From a virus (taxonomy: Duplodnaviria; Heunggongvirae; Uroviricota; Caudoviricetes), in the IMG/VR virus record IMGVR_UViG_3300037455_000543, positions 360,164 through 424,163 of that record: DNA of 64,000 nt; one strand, 5' to 3'. A model generated the notes under the pieces. The model saw nothing but the letters and a program-made list of their open reading frames with translations, did not search any database and was not told where the DNA came from. How positions within the stretch are numbered: the first letter of the stretch is position 1; every line of letters starts with the position of its first letter. The position numbers and the translations under genes are program-made. Shown here in pieces: positions 52,181 through 60,375 of the stretch.

Positions 52181-52350
52181 TTTACAAGACGAGAATAATT
52201 TACTATATTATACATCGTTAAATGATTGAGTGTCTGATAGACGATCAATAAAATGACATAGACACAGTGGTTGCAGGTTGAGGCTGGATATTCCTTCCAG
52301 ATCTGGGTCTATTTGAGGGTGACGAATCGGTATTCCTTCAAGACACTTTA
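52181..52350 (+). ncRNA. promoter and candidate small structured RNA
   Basis: TTTACA-17-TATATT, then AGTGTCT...AGACACT-closed non-coding segment. Confidence 0.35.
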
Positions 52351-52488
52351 AAAATAGGGTTTACAAAACAAAAGTAAATTACTATATTTAACAACACAAA
52401 ATGATTGACTTTCAAAGTCGATTAGCAGATTTGAAAAAAGCGAGAATTAAGAAAAAAGTTTTATATATAATATAAAACGAGGATTGAA

Positions 52489-52551
52489 ATGCAATTAGTA
52501 GTAACAACAAACGTAACACCAGTCAATAATCCAAAGGTAACTTTCGATTAG
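52489..52551 (+). CDS. leader peptide 1 MQLVVTTNVTPVNNPKVTFD
   Basis: GAGG SD; V5 T4 N3 P2; precedes terminator and Asn/Pro/Thr/Met/Val tRNAs. Confidence 0.85.
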   Translation: MQLVVTTNVTPVNNPKVTFD

Positions 52552-52577
52552 TTTGTTTCATTACTCTGATTCTAATC

Positions 52578-52612
52578 AATCCTGTATGAGACAAACTCAA
52601 ACAGGATTTTTT
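52578..52612 (+). terminator. attenuator terminator 1
   Basis: AATCCTGT..TGAG/CTCA..ACAGGATT + T-run; competitor 52550-52561 pairs with 52586-52597. Confidence 0.85.
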
Positions 52613-52626
52613 AATTCTCCTATTAT

Positions 52627-52699
52627 TGTTCCATAGCTCAGTTGGTAGAGCCCTCGACTGTTAATCGAGTTGTCCCTGGTTCGAGTCCAGGTGGAACAG
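52627..52699 (+). tRNA. tRNA-Asn(GTT)
   Basis: Cloverleaf; CTCGA-CTGTTAA-TCGAG; G73. Confidence 0.9.
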
Positions 52700-52980
52700 C
52701 TAAGGTATCGTATTATTAAATACCGGGAAGGTCGGGGCGGCGGGTAATCCGCAGCCAAAGCAGGGAATGGTAGATCCCCGATATCGTTTTGCAAAACAAA
52801 GCAAGATAGTTAACACCGACGTCAACGTGCCCTCATTGGAGTTGATCACCAGACTTGTGGCGCCAACCGGTTAATGTAGCTAAAATTCGAAAGATATAGC
52901 AAACAACGTTACTATTTTGTTAGAAACTAAAAAACGTTATGCTGGTAGTCCAGTGGTGGTGGAACCACCTAAAAAACTTG

Positions 52981-53055
52981 CGGGGTGTAGCTCAGTCTGG
53001 CTAGAGCATCTGCTTTGGGAGCAGAGGGTCGTAGGTTCGAATCCTGTCACCCCGA
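52981..53055 (+). tRNA. tRNA-Pro(TGG)
   Basis: Canonical cloverleaf. Confidence 0.95.
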
Positions 53056-53059
53056 CGAA

Positions 53060-53705
53060 CATGGTGAGGGGCGTGCTCTGTCGAAAGGCAACACGAGCAA
53101 GGAACTAAATTCTTTACCCAAGCGGAAAGTAATTTCCGCCGGAGACTGTGCTTAAGTCGATTAATAATCGATATGGCGTCGGTAAAGTTGTCAGGAATAA
53201 ATACGCCAAGAGATTGGGTACCTGACATTAGTACGTTCTGGCGGTGAGGCTCACCAGCCCTGTAGAATGGGGTTGCGACAAAACCGAGGCGTGAGCTAAG
53301 GCACGACGCGGAAATACAGGTGCTTATCTTCATCGAGATTAGCATTATGATCTGGGCAAGACCTATAGCGATAATCGTACAGTGCATGTCACGAATACAT
53401 CTACAACTTTCACCCTGTGGGCCGATAGCAATGTGACCCTCCAAGTTGCTTACTTACTTGTTCCGAAAGTAAAACTCTGGAAATATTCCGCCAGTTGTCC
53501 AAAAGGAAACATGAGTTCCAACGCGGTGTATAGAGAAATCTATGAAACTTAGGCGCAGGAGGTTCGTTACCTGGTTACGAAAGTACGGAAATAACGTAAC
53601 GCTTTGTAATTGAAGCGAATTATTTGTTAGCGAGTGTAAAATGCGATTTATAAGATCTATCGCTTACATGAGTTAATAAATTAAGTTTGACAAACACAAT
53701 TACAT
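53060..53705 (+). ncRNA. candidate large structured ncRNA (~630 nt)
   Basis: GC-richer, no credible ORF, many hairpins, between tRNAs. Confidence 0.55.
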
Positions 53706-53710
53706 TTTTT

Positions 53711-53783
53711 GCTGGTGTAGCTCAATTGGCAGAGCAGCTGATTTGTAATCAGCAGGTTGTAGGTTCGATTCCTATCACCAGCT
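53711..53783 (+). tRNA. tRNA-Thr(TGT)
   Basis: Canonical cloverleaf. Confidence 0.95.
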
Positions 53784-53918
53784 CTAATAAATACTGTTAG
53801 GCGTTATTTAGAAGCTGCAGACTCTTTATAGTGCTAAATCGGGTGTAACACGTAAGATCAGTTACAGTAAGAGCTGGTATAATCAAAGACCTCCAGTAAC
53901 AGTAAATTTTGAATTTGA

Positions 53919-53993
53919 TGCGGCCGAGTGAAACGGAAAATCATTCAAGGCTCATAACCTTCGAGATACTGGGTTCGACTCCCTGGACCGCGA
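53919..53993 (+). tRNA. tRNA-Met(CAT), initiator-like, atypical
   Basis: AAGG-CTCATAA-CCTT; weak 1:72 pair; some stem mismatches. Confidence 0.7.
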
Positions 53994-54204
53994 CTAAAAT
54001 ATACTTAAGCGCAAGTGCCTTTTAACGGACGCACCATTTTAAGGACTGAGAGCTGGGATAACGTTCGGGAATGCGTAAACGCCCTAGTTCGACAACGTAT
54101 AGAGCTAAACCTCTTGTATAGGGTAAAACCGATGTATACTACGTTTAGTGAGCGCTGAATTCACATAAGGGACGTGGTGTGAAGAGTATATCTTTTGAAT
54201 TTAT

Positions 54205-54276
54205 CGCGGGTTGATGCAGTGGTAGCAAGCAAGGCTCATAACCTTGAAGTCCCTGGTTCGAGTCCAGGACCCGCTA
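54205..54276 (+). tRNA. tRNA-fMet(CAT)
   Basis: CGCGGG start, C1xU72 mismatch, CTCATAA loop. Confidence 0.85.
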
Positions 54277-54364
54277 CGAATACGGTGAAAAGATACTAGG
54301 CGAGTATCATTTGATTAAGTTCAAATCGGGCTGTAGTCATTAGAGTCGCACCACTTAAAAATTA

Positions 54365-54423
54365 TGGCATAGGAAGTTCCTATTTTTAAAATTAAATGGG
54401 TTAATTAGTATTACTTCCCGCCA
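54365..54423 (+). ncRNA. GC-AHA-N5-UUCCUA motif copy
   Basis: TGGC ATA GGAAG TTCCTA...TA CTTCC C GCCA. Confidence 0.7.
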
Positions 54424-54514
54424 AACTTTTAAAAGCCAGTCTACGGGAAAATAAAGAGTAGACCGTTACCCAGAAGCCTGACCACGAGCTGGGACTGTAT
54501 CAAAGTGGTCATAA

Positions 54515-54590
54515 CTCTCCTTCGCCTAGCTGGTTTATGGCACCTGTCTTACAAACAGGAACAACCTTGGTTCAAATCCAAGAGGGGAGA
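54515..54590 (+). tRNA. tRNA-Val(TAC)
   Basis: CCTGT-CTTACAA-ACAGG; full cloverleaf. Confidence 0.85.
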
Positions 54591-54597
54591 TAAAAAT

Positions 54598-54710
54598 AGC
54601 ATAGGTAGTTCCTATTATCAAACGTGTAGCTCAGTGGTTAGAGCGTCGGGAGCAATCTCGGAGATCGTTGGTTCGAGTCCAATCATGTTTACCAGAAGTA
54701 CTACCCGCTA
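54598..54710 (+). ncRNA. UUCCUA motif enclosing an anticodon-less tRNA-like RNA (54620-54694)
   Basis: Acceptor, D and T arms canonical; anticodon loop replaced by GCAA tetraloop; ends ACCA. Confidence 0.75.
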
Positions 54711-54722
54711 TAAAGTTTACAT

Positions 54723-54837
54723 GCGGAAAGTAGCTCAATTGGTAGAGCAGAAGTATTATGTTACTACCCGCTACACGCAAAGGTTGTTCCTATTAATGGG
54801 GAACTTTGGGTTGTAGGTTCGAATCCTGCCTTTCCGC
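54723..54837 (+). tRNA. tRNA body (Pro/His-like) with permuted UUCCUA motif inserted in anticodon loop
   Basis: Acceptor, D and T arms intact; ~48-nt insert between GAAGT and ACTTT. Confidence 0.7.
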
Positions 54838-54843
54838 CGAAAC

Positions 54844-54930
54844 TGGCATATGAAGTTCCTATTTTTGGAAATCCTAGTATTATCTTCGGATAAGAAGGGA
54901 TAAGGTTCAAATCCTTTTTACTTCTCGCCA
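54844..54930 (+). ncRNA. UUCCUA motif copy enclosing a T-arm
   Basis: TGGC ATA TGAAG TTCCTA...AAGG-TTCAAAT-CCTT...TA CTTCT C GCCA. Confidence 0.7.
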
Positions 54931-54990
54931 AATTAAAATTTAACAAAAACGGAAAAACAAAAAACATAAATAAACAAAAGAGAAAATAAA

Positions 54991-55056
54991 ATGACTTACG
55001 TTATGAACACAAATAATACCAACCCTAATAATAACCCTGAGGTGCTACAGGATTAG
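54991..55056 (+). CDS. leader peptide 2 MTYVMNTNNTNPNNNPEVLQD
   Basis: N7 T3 P2; precedes terminator and Asn/Pro/Thr tRNAs. Confidence 0.85.
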   Translation: MTYVMNTNNTNPNNNPEVLQD

Positions 55057-55089
55057 TTTTGTTTCATAACTAGATGAATTTTTAAACTG

Positions 55090-55131
55090 AATCCTGTAAG
55101 ACCTTTGAGACTTACAGGATTTTTTATTTTT
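55090..55131 (+). terminator. attenuator terminator 2
   Basis: AATCCTGTAAG/CTTACAGGATT + T-run; competitor TACAGGATTAGTTT (55046-55059) pairs with 55084-55098. Confidence 0.9.
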
Positions 55132-55207
55132 GTTTACTAGCTTAACTGGCAGAGCGCTTCCCGTGGCCACGGGTGAGAGATATTCGGTTCGACTCCATTG
55201 TAAACAG
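55131..55207 (+). tRNA. tRNA-like RNA with Asn-type acceptor and no anticodon loop
   Basis: TGTTTAC/GTAAACA-G; arm CCCGT-GGCC-ACGGG; weak T-stem. Confidence 0.6.
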
Positions 55208-55215
55208 CTACTTAT

Positions 55216-55303
55216 TCCACGGTACTCTAACTGGTAAGAGGCCTGGCTGTTAACCAGGTGTATGGTGTAAAAACCTATGGAGGTTCGAATCCTTCCCGTG
55301 GAG
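55216..55303 (+). tRNA. tRNA-Asn(GTT) with long variable arm
   Basis: CCTGG-CTGTTAA-CCAGG; U1-A72, G73; ~20-nt variable arm. Confidence 0.85.
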
Positions 55304-55311
55304 CTAAATAT

Positions 55312-55395
55312 TGGTAGGTACCCGAGTGGTAGCAGGGGGGAGACTGTTAATCTCTTGACGAAAGTCCGCCGCAGGTTCGAATCCTGCCCTATCAG
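55312..55395 (+). tRNA. tRNA-Asn(GTT) with Tyr-like class II body
   Basis: GGAGA-CTGTTAA-TCTCT; GAC-GAAA-GTC variable arm; G73. Confidence 0.85.
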
Positions 55396-55404
55396 CTAAA
55401 ATAA

Positions 55405-55478
55405 CGGAGTGTAGCGCAGATGGTCAGCGTGTTTGCTTTGGAAGCATAAGGTCGTTGGTTCGAATCCAACCACTCCGA
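55405..55478 (+). tRNA. tRNA-Pro(TGG)
   Basis: Cloverleaf, TTTGGAA loop. Confidence 0.9.
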
Positions 55479-55486
55479 TAAATTAA

Positions 55487-55560
55487 CAGGGTGTAACTCA
55501 GTTGGTTAGAGAGCTCGCCTCGGATGCGAGGGGTCGCTGGTTCGAGTCCAGCCATCCTGA
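55487..55560 (+). tRNA. tRNA-Pro(CGG)
   Basis: CTCGC-CTCGGAT-GCGAG. Confidence 0.9.
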
Positions 55561-55653
55561 TAAAATATAAAGTGCGCAGGAGACATACTAGCCGTAGGGG
55601 CTAGAGAAGTTATATCCAGACGGAGGTCGGATAGATGGTGGAATTGCGATAAT

Positions 55654-55726
55654 CAGAATGTAGCTCAGCTGGCAGAGCGCACCGTTCGGGGCGGTGAGGT
55701 CGGAGGATCATAACCTCTCATTCTGA
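55654..55726 (+). tRNA. tRNA-Pro(CGG), atypical T-loop
   Basis: CACCG-TTCGGGG-CGGTG; T-loop ATCATAA. Confidence 0.8.
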
Positions 55727-55737
55727 CTAAAATTTTT

Positions 55738-55803
55738 GGCACAGGTCGTTCCTATGAGCTCGTAGAGCAGCAAATTGTTAATTTGAAGTATTTACGACCC
55801 GCC
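55738..55803 (+). ncRNA. UUCCUA motif enclosing D-arm-like hairpin + Asn anticodon stem-loop
   Basis: GGC ACA GGTCG TTCCTA...CAAA-TTGTTAA-TTTG...TA CGACC C GCC. Confidence 0.75.
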
Positions 55804-55806
55804 TTT

Positions 55807-55879
55807 GCTGGAGTAATTCAACTGGTAGAATAGCGGTTTAGTAATCCGCAAGTTGTAGGTTCGAGTCCTATCTCCAGCT
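55807..55879 (+). tRNA. tRNA-Thr(AGT)
   Basis: GCGGT-TTAGTAA-TCCGC; Thr-type acceptor. Confidence 0.85.
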
Positions 55880-55886
55880 CTATAAT

Positions 55887-55959
55887 GCCGGAATGGCGCA
55901 ATTGGTAGCGCAGCTCTTCCGTAATGAGATGGTTGGGTGTTCGAGTCACTCTTTCGGCG
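55887..55959 (+). tRNA. tRNA-Thr(CGT), atypical (C33)
   Basis: Loop TCCGTAA; weak anticodon stem. Confidence 0.7.
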
Positions 55960-56010
55960 TATCATTAGAAAGGATTGACAATAGTCAATTCTTTTTCTAT
56001 ATTATAAATC

Positions 56011-56613
56011 ATGATGCAATTAATAGTTATATCGAGTTTCGCTACAGCTGCAATAATTGCTGCATATTATTTCGGCATAGGTTTACTTTATAAGTATAGA
56101 GCAGGAGTATCAAAAATTCTAGCCTTTATAGTCTTTTTCTCGATTATAGGTTATAGAATGTATAGGGATTATCAAGATGAAAAGATTGTGGAATCAGCAT
56201 TGACTGAAATAACTACCGAAATAGATAATGCTGAAAAGAACATGATGTCAGATAAGGATTTTCATGAGTTCGTAGCAAAATCAATATCTCAGAAAGATGG
56301 CGTAAGTTTAAATATTATTCCGCAAATCGATACGGCAATCTTGAAAATTAATAAGATTTATCAGAATGTATTAAATGATCCGGATTTTAAGATTATGATA
56401 ACGAGCGCAAATGATTCTAAGTCACATTCAAAGAATTCGGCACATTATCGAGGACAAGCAGTAGATATAAGGATAAAGAATATTAACCATAGACATAAGA
56501 ATGAAATTATTGCAGCGATTAAGGAAATCTTAGGTGATAGGTTTTTGGTTCTCCATGAAGACAAGGGAAAACCAAATGAGCATTTGCATGTTCAGTTGAA
56601 GAACAATGGTTGA
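56011..56613 (+). CDS. membrane-anchored peptidase M15-family (endolysin-like)
   Basis: Two N-terminal TM helices; ITS...SAHYRGQAVDI...EHLHVQ zinc motifs. Confidence 0.8.
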   Translation: MMQLIVISSFATAAIIAAYYFGIGLLYKYRAGVSKILAFIVFFSIIGYRMYRDYQDEKIVESALTEITTEIDNAEKNMMSDKDFHEFVAKSISQKDGVSLNIIPQIDTAILKINKIYQNVLNDPDFKIMITSANDSKSHSKNSAHYRGQAVDIRIKNINHRHKNEIIAAIKEILGDRFLVLHEDKGKPNEHLHVQLKNNG

Positions 56614-56683
56614 TGGAAAGGGTTGACGAATGTCAGTCCTTTTTTTATATTATACGTATTAACAACAAATAACAGAGGAAAAA

Positions 56684-57586
56684 ATGAAAAAAATTATCAA
56701 CTTCTTGTTTAACTATCTCACTAAGCGTGCGCAGAAAGCAAAACCTAAAGAAAAAAATATCTATAATGCAGCAGGTAAGGTAATTTTAAATTTCCATAAT
56801 CTTATCAATCCAGCTATAACTACATATGAATATGATGAGGAAGGCCGTGAGATTTCAAATAAGTACATGTATAATGGTCATTTAAGTTCCATGACCAAGG
56901 GTGAAGTTATGGAAGACGGCCGGTTTAAAGAAACACGTATTACTTTCCCTGATAAGTCTAATAAACTTGAAGAAAAAGAAGTCGTTGTTTATTATACTTC
57001 TCCTGATAGGTCTACTCTTTATGATGAAAATTATCAGACTGTTCGAATGGAAGAAGTTGAAAATGATGAAAATGGTCGTGCTATTAAAAATGAAACGCGG
57101 TTGTATGATGACGGTAAGCTTCGTGCAACAGAAGTTCATCACTACCAATATGACGAACGTGGAAATCGAACTAAGATCGATGGTAAGACTACTGAAGCTG
57201 ATGACAGCATTAAATATATTTCTTCCTCCGAATATAATTATGATGAAAATAATTTAATGGTTCATAGAATTGAAACATTCAAAGCTATGACTAAAGACCA
57301 CATCTCTGATGATGAAACTCAATATCATTGTCAATATGATGAACAAGGTCGTGAAATTAGATGTTTAACTTATGAATGGGACCGTATTCGTGCAAGGTCT
57401 GACAGGTCTTGTCGTGATCATTTCTATTTCGGTGATGATGAAATTGAAGTATATAATCACATTACTTTGAATTTCATGATTACTACTTATGTTAAGAAAG
57501 TAACTAGGTCTGATGGTTCTAGGGTTGAAACTGAATGGTATTTGCCTAACTGGTTTGGTAAACTGCTGGTTTGGTGCTTACGTTAA
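56684..57586 (+). CDS. YD-repeat-like protein
   Basis: Repeated YEYDEEGR / YQYDERGN / YNYDENN / QYDEQGR. Confidence 0.7.
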   Translation: MKKIINFLFNYLTKRAQKAKPKEKNIYNAAGKVILNFHNLINPAITTYEYDEEGREISNKYMYNGHLSSMTKGEVMEDGRFKETRITFPDKSNKLEEKEVVVYYTSPDRSTLYDENYQTVRMEEVENDENGRAIKNETRLYDDGKLRATEVHHYQYDERGNRTKIDGKTTEADDSIKYISSSEYNYDENNLMVHRIETFKAMTKDHISDDETQYHCQYDEQGREIRCLTYEWDRIRARSDRSCRDHFYFGDDEIEVYNHITLNFMITTYVKKVTRSDGSRVETEWYLPNWFGKLLVWCLR

Positions 57587-57604
57587 TTTAAAAAGGAATA
57601 TAAT

Positions 57605-59738
57605 ATGACATACGAAGAATTAGTCAGTGATGAACGTTATGGTAAAATCTTGAAGCGTTGCCAAGAATTACCTATTGGAAAAGTTCTTGCATCTAATATC
57701 GATGATGCTTGGCCAGATTTGCCTGAAGAACTGCGCGAAGTACATGATGCTTATTACAATCCTAATGAACATTATTATGACTCTATTATCGATGTTATCG
57801 ATGACTATTTCTTGTATGTTGAAGAAGATATTACAGAAGAAAGTAAGAATAAAGTCCTCGATTATGCAATGAATCTTAAGGATATTAATCTTGTCTTCTT
57901 TGATGAATCTACGAAGGAATAAATTATGAATTATAATCTTTCAAGACTTCCGGGAACATACGAATTTGACCGGGAACAATTCGGCTTCAAGATAAATTCA
58001 AAGGTTTACAATGCACAAGAATACAGTTCTATTACGAACTGTTTTAGAGTTGTAGATATTAAGAAGAAAGACAAGTATATTGAAGCAGTGGATGTTATTG
58101 AAAATGGTAAAATGCATTCTGATAAGGATGACAAGTATTTTCATAAATGTGCAGACTATATGGTTAATTCGCCATTATATTATGATACTACGATTGGACT
58201 TTATAAGCCTACCCAGAATTATATTCATCTTATGACAAAGCTTGTTTTTAGAAAGATGATTATTGCATACCTTAAGAAAGAAGAAGATGTAGAAGTAGTT
58301 GAAAAATTGACAAATGAAAAACAGTTTAAAACTACATTTGTAATTAAGAATACTGAAGTTTTTAATGACCTTCATGAATATTTCTATGACTGGTATGTTA
58401 ATAAGACTTGTTCATATGAAGATTTTTTGAATAAAAATATAAGCAAGATTGGAAAAACCAATTATTTGATGCCTAGCACTGATAAGTATAAGATTGATCC
58501 TAATCATCCTGTAGAATTTTCAAATATAGCAGACGGACTTGATTGTGCAGATGTATATACTGCTTATCTTAATTTAATTAATCGTATTAAACAAATCTAT
58601 AATCAAATTGAATGGAAAGAACAAGAAAAGAATAAAAAGTTCAAAGCTGTAGTAATTTTAACTGTTTAAGGAAATAATTATGCCAAGATATGCGAAGAAA
58701 GGATGTACAAGAGCAGATATTATTGAAAAGATGCTTGACCAGCTTAAAGCAGATGGCGGGTATGATGAGGATATGGATGAAACCGACTCTGAACAAGTAA
58801 TTCAGCAGTGGCTTTATAATTGTGTTGCATATAGTGACATGAATCCTCAGATAGAAAAAGACTTGTCAAAGCTCGAATTTGATTGGGAAAATTCAGAAGA
58901 AGATTTTGAAAGTCAAAAATATGGAAAGCTTCCGGATGGAACATCGATTATCTGGTGTTTTGCAGGTGGAGATTGGGAGTTCCCTATTCATTTTGCCGTT
59001 TATATTGACGATAAGGACCATCTGAGAGCTTATATGCCGTTAGACGGTAATGTATATTGTCCAAAGTGTAAATGTGCTTACGGCTCATGCGAGGACGAAG
59101 AACATGAGCCTGAGGAAGAGCCTACGCCAGATTGGGAAAAGATGTATGCTGCGGCATGCAAACGAATTGAAACACGATAAGGTATAAAATATGAAATGTG
59201 CGATTTGTCAAGATCGATATGATACATTAAGTTGTCGTATTACAATGAGTAATGATAATCAAAGGCGTGATCCACAATATGATATGATTGTGTGCGAGAA
59301 CTGTTATTATAAGATTCTTGAAAAAATTATATTGATGGACCCAATAAATAAACGCTTAAATAAAGAAGAACACGTATGATGTCAACAATAAATACAGTTG
59401 TATTAATTTTAAGTATAATTGATATTCTGATTTTTTTATTTGCTCTTTTTAATTTCTTCTGTGCATTTTTCTGCAAAGGCGCAGATCGATTTGGGGTAAT
59501 TTTTCTCGGTATAGTAGCTACAATTTCCGCAATTGCTGGTTATGTAAGATTGCCAGACAAAGATGAACGTGTAGCATTATTTATGCAGATGAAGCCAAAA
59601 TGTGAGCATGAAACAGTTAAATGTTTAGAAGCAAAAGCAAGATGGTATAAAGACTCAATAGAATATAATATACGAGATACTACAGAAATTATAGATTCTA
59701 TTAAACAGGTTATAGATAAATATAAAACTGAGAAATAG
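57605..59738 (+). CDS. five hypothetical genes
   Basis: Coupled ORFs with SD. Confidence 0.6.
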
Positions 59739-59776
59739 GGTTTACAAAAGTAAAACAATTTACTATATTTAACATC

Positions 59777-59837
59777 GTTAAAGCAAAAAATGTTCCTATG
59801 ATGATATTTGCAAAATAGTTTTACATTTCGCTTTAAC
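59777..59837 (+). ncRNA. UUCCUA motif copy with TAT-TTGCAAA-ATA anticodon-like loop
   Basis: GTTAAAGC AAA AAATG TTCCTA...TA CATTT C GCTTTAAC directly after a promoter. Confidence 0.7.
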
Positions 59838-59842
59838 ACATC

Positions 59843-59953
59843 GGGGAAATAGCTCAGTGGTAGAGCAACGGTATTACGTTACGTAGTGATGCATATAACG
59901 TTCCTATTTCCATTTCAAGGCGTGTGTCGTAGGTTCGAGTCCTACTTTCCCCA
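59843..59953 (+). tRNA. tRNA body with permuted UUCCUA motif inserted in anticodon loop
   Basis: Perfect acceptor/D/T arms; insert TA CGTTA C GTA-GTGA-TGC ATA TAACG TTCCTA. Confidence 0.75.
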
Positions 59954-60067
59954 CTAAAAAATATTTTAAAAAGGGGTTGACAAACCAAAAACTTTTTACT
60001 ATATTTAACAACGTAAAATAACAAAAAACAGGAAAAATTTTTTATATATAATATAAAGGTAACGAAA

Positions 60068-60181
60068 ATGACTATGAACGTATTTGAACATGAATTTTTT
60101 GCAGCAGAACGTGCCGCAGCTGAATTCGCAGCTGCAGCGTTTGAAGCATTTTGTTCAGATACAGTGCATAGGATTAGGTAG
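60068..60181 (+). CDS. leader peptide 3 MTMNVFEHEFFAAERAAAEFAAAAFEAFCSDTVHRIR
   Basis: A10 F6 E5; precedes terminator and Glu/Ala/Phe tRNAs. Confidence 0.9.
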   Translation: MTMNVFEHEFFAAERAAAEFAAAAFEAFCSDTVHRIR

Positions 60182-60206
60182 TTAACCTAAATAAGTTTGA
60201 AAAAAC

Positions 60207-60241
60207 GGTTCCTGTGCACAAAGCGCAGGAACTTTTCTTTT
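60207..60241 (+). terminator. attenuator terminator 3
   Basis: GGTTCCTGTGC/GCGCAGGAACT + T-run; competitor GTGCATAGGA (60164-60173) pairs with 60210-60219. Confidence 0.9.
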
Positions 60242-60292
60242 ATACTTTGCTGGTAGTCCAGTAGTGGAGACACCACTTAAAAAACAACATTT

Positions 60293-60365
60293 GCTCCGTT
60301 CGGCCAGCGGTTCAAGCCAACCGACTTTCTATCGGTTAACCCCAGTTCGAATCTGGGACGGAGTA
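60293..60365 (+). tRNA. tRNA-Glu(TTC)
   Basis: ACCGA-CTTTCTA-TCGGT. Confidence 0.85.
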
Positions 60366-60375
60366 CTAAAAATTT

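Noticed and set aside
52720-52790. SRP RNA or group I intron (AATCCGCAGCCAAAGCAG)
   Set aside because: Short resemblance only; SRP CAGG/AGCA loop and group I R/S elements not found.
52940-52978. preQ1 riboswitch
   Set aside because: Has an A-tract but lacks the GGUUC-type loop and a downstream CDS.
53060-53705. RNase P RNA or tmRNA
   Set aside because: No GAGGAAAGTCC P4 motif; no tmRNA termini or tag ORF.
136-59839. Minus-strand and nested ORFs in the track
   Set aside because: Shadows of coupled + strand genes with no SD or promoter; only 62455-62790 has its own signals.
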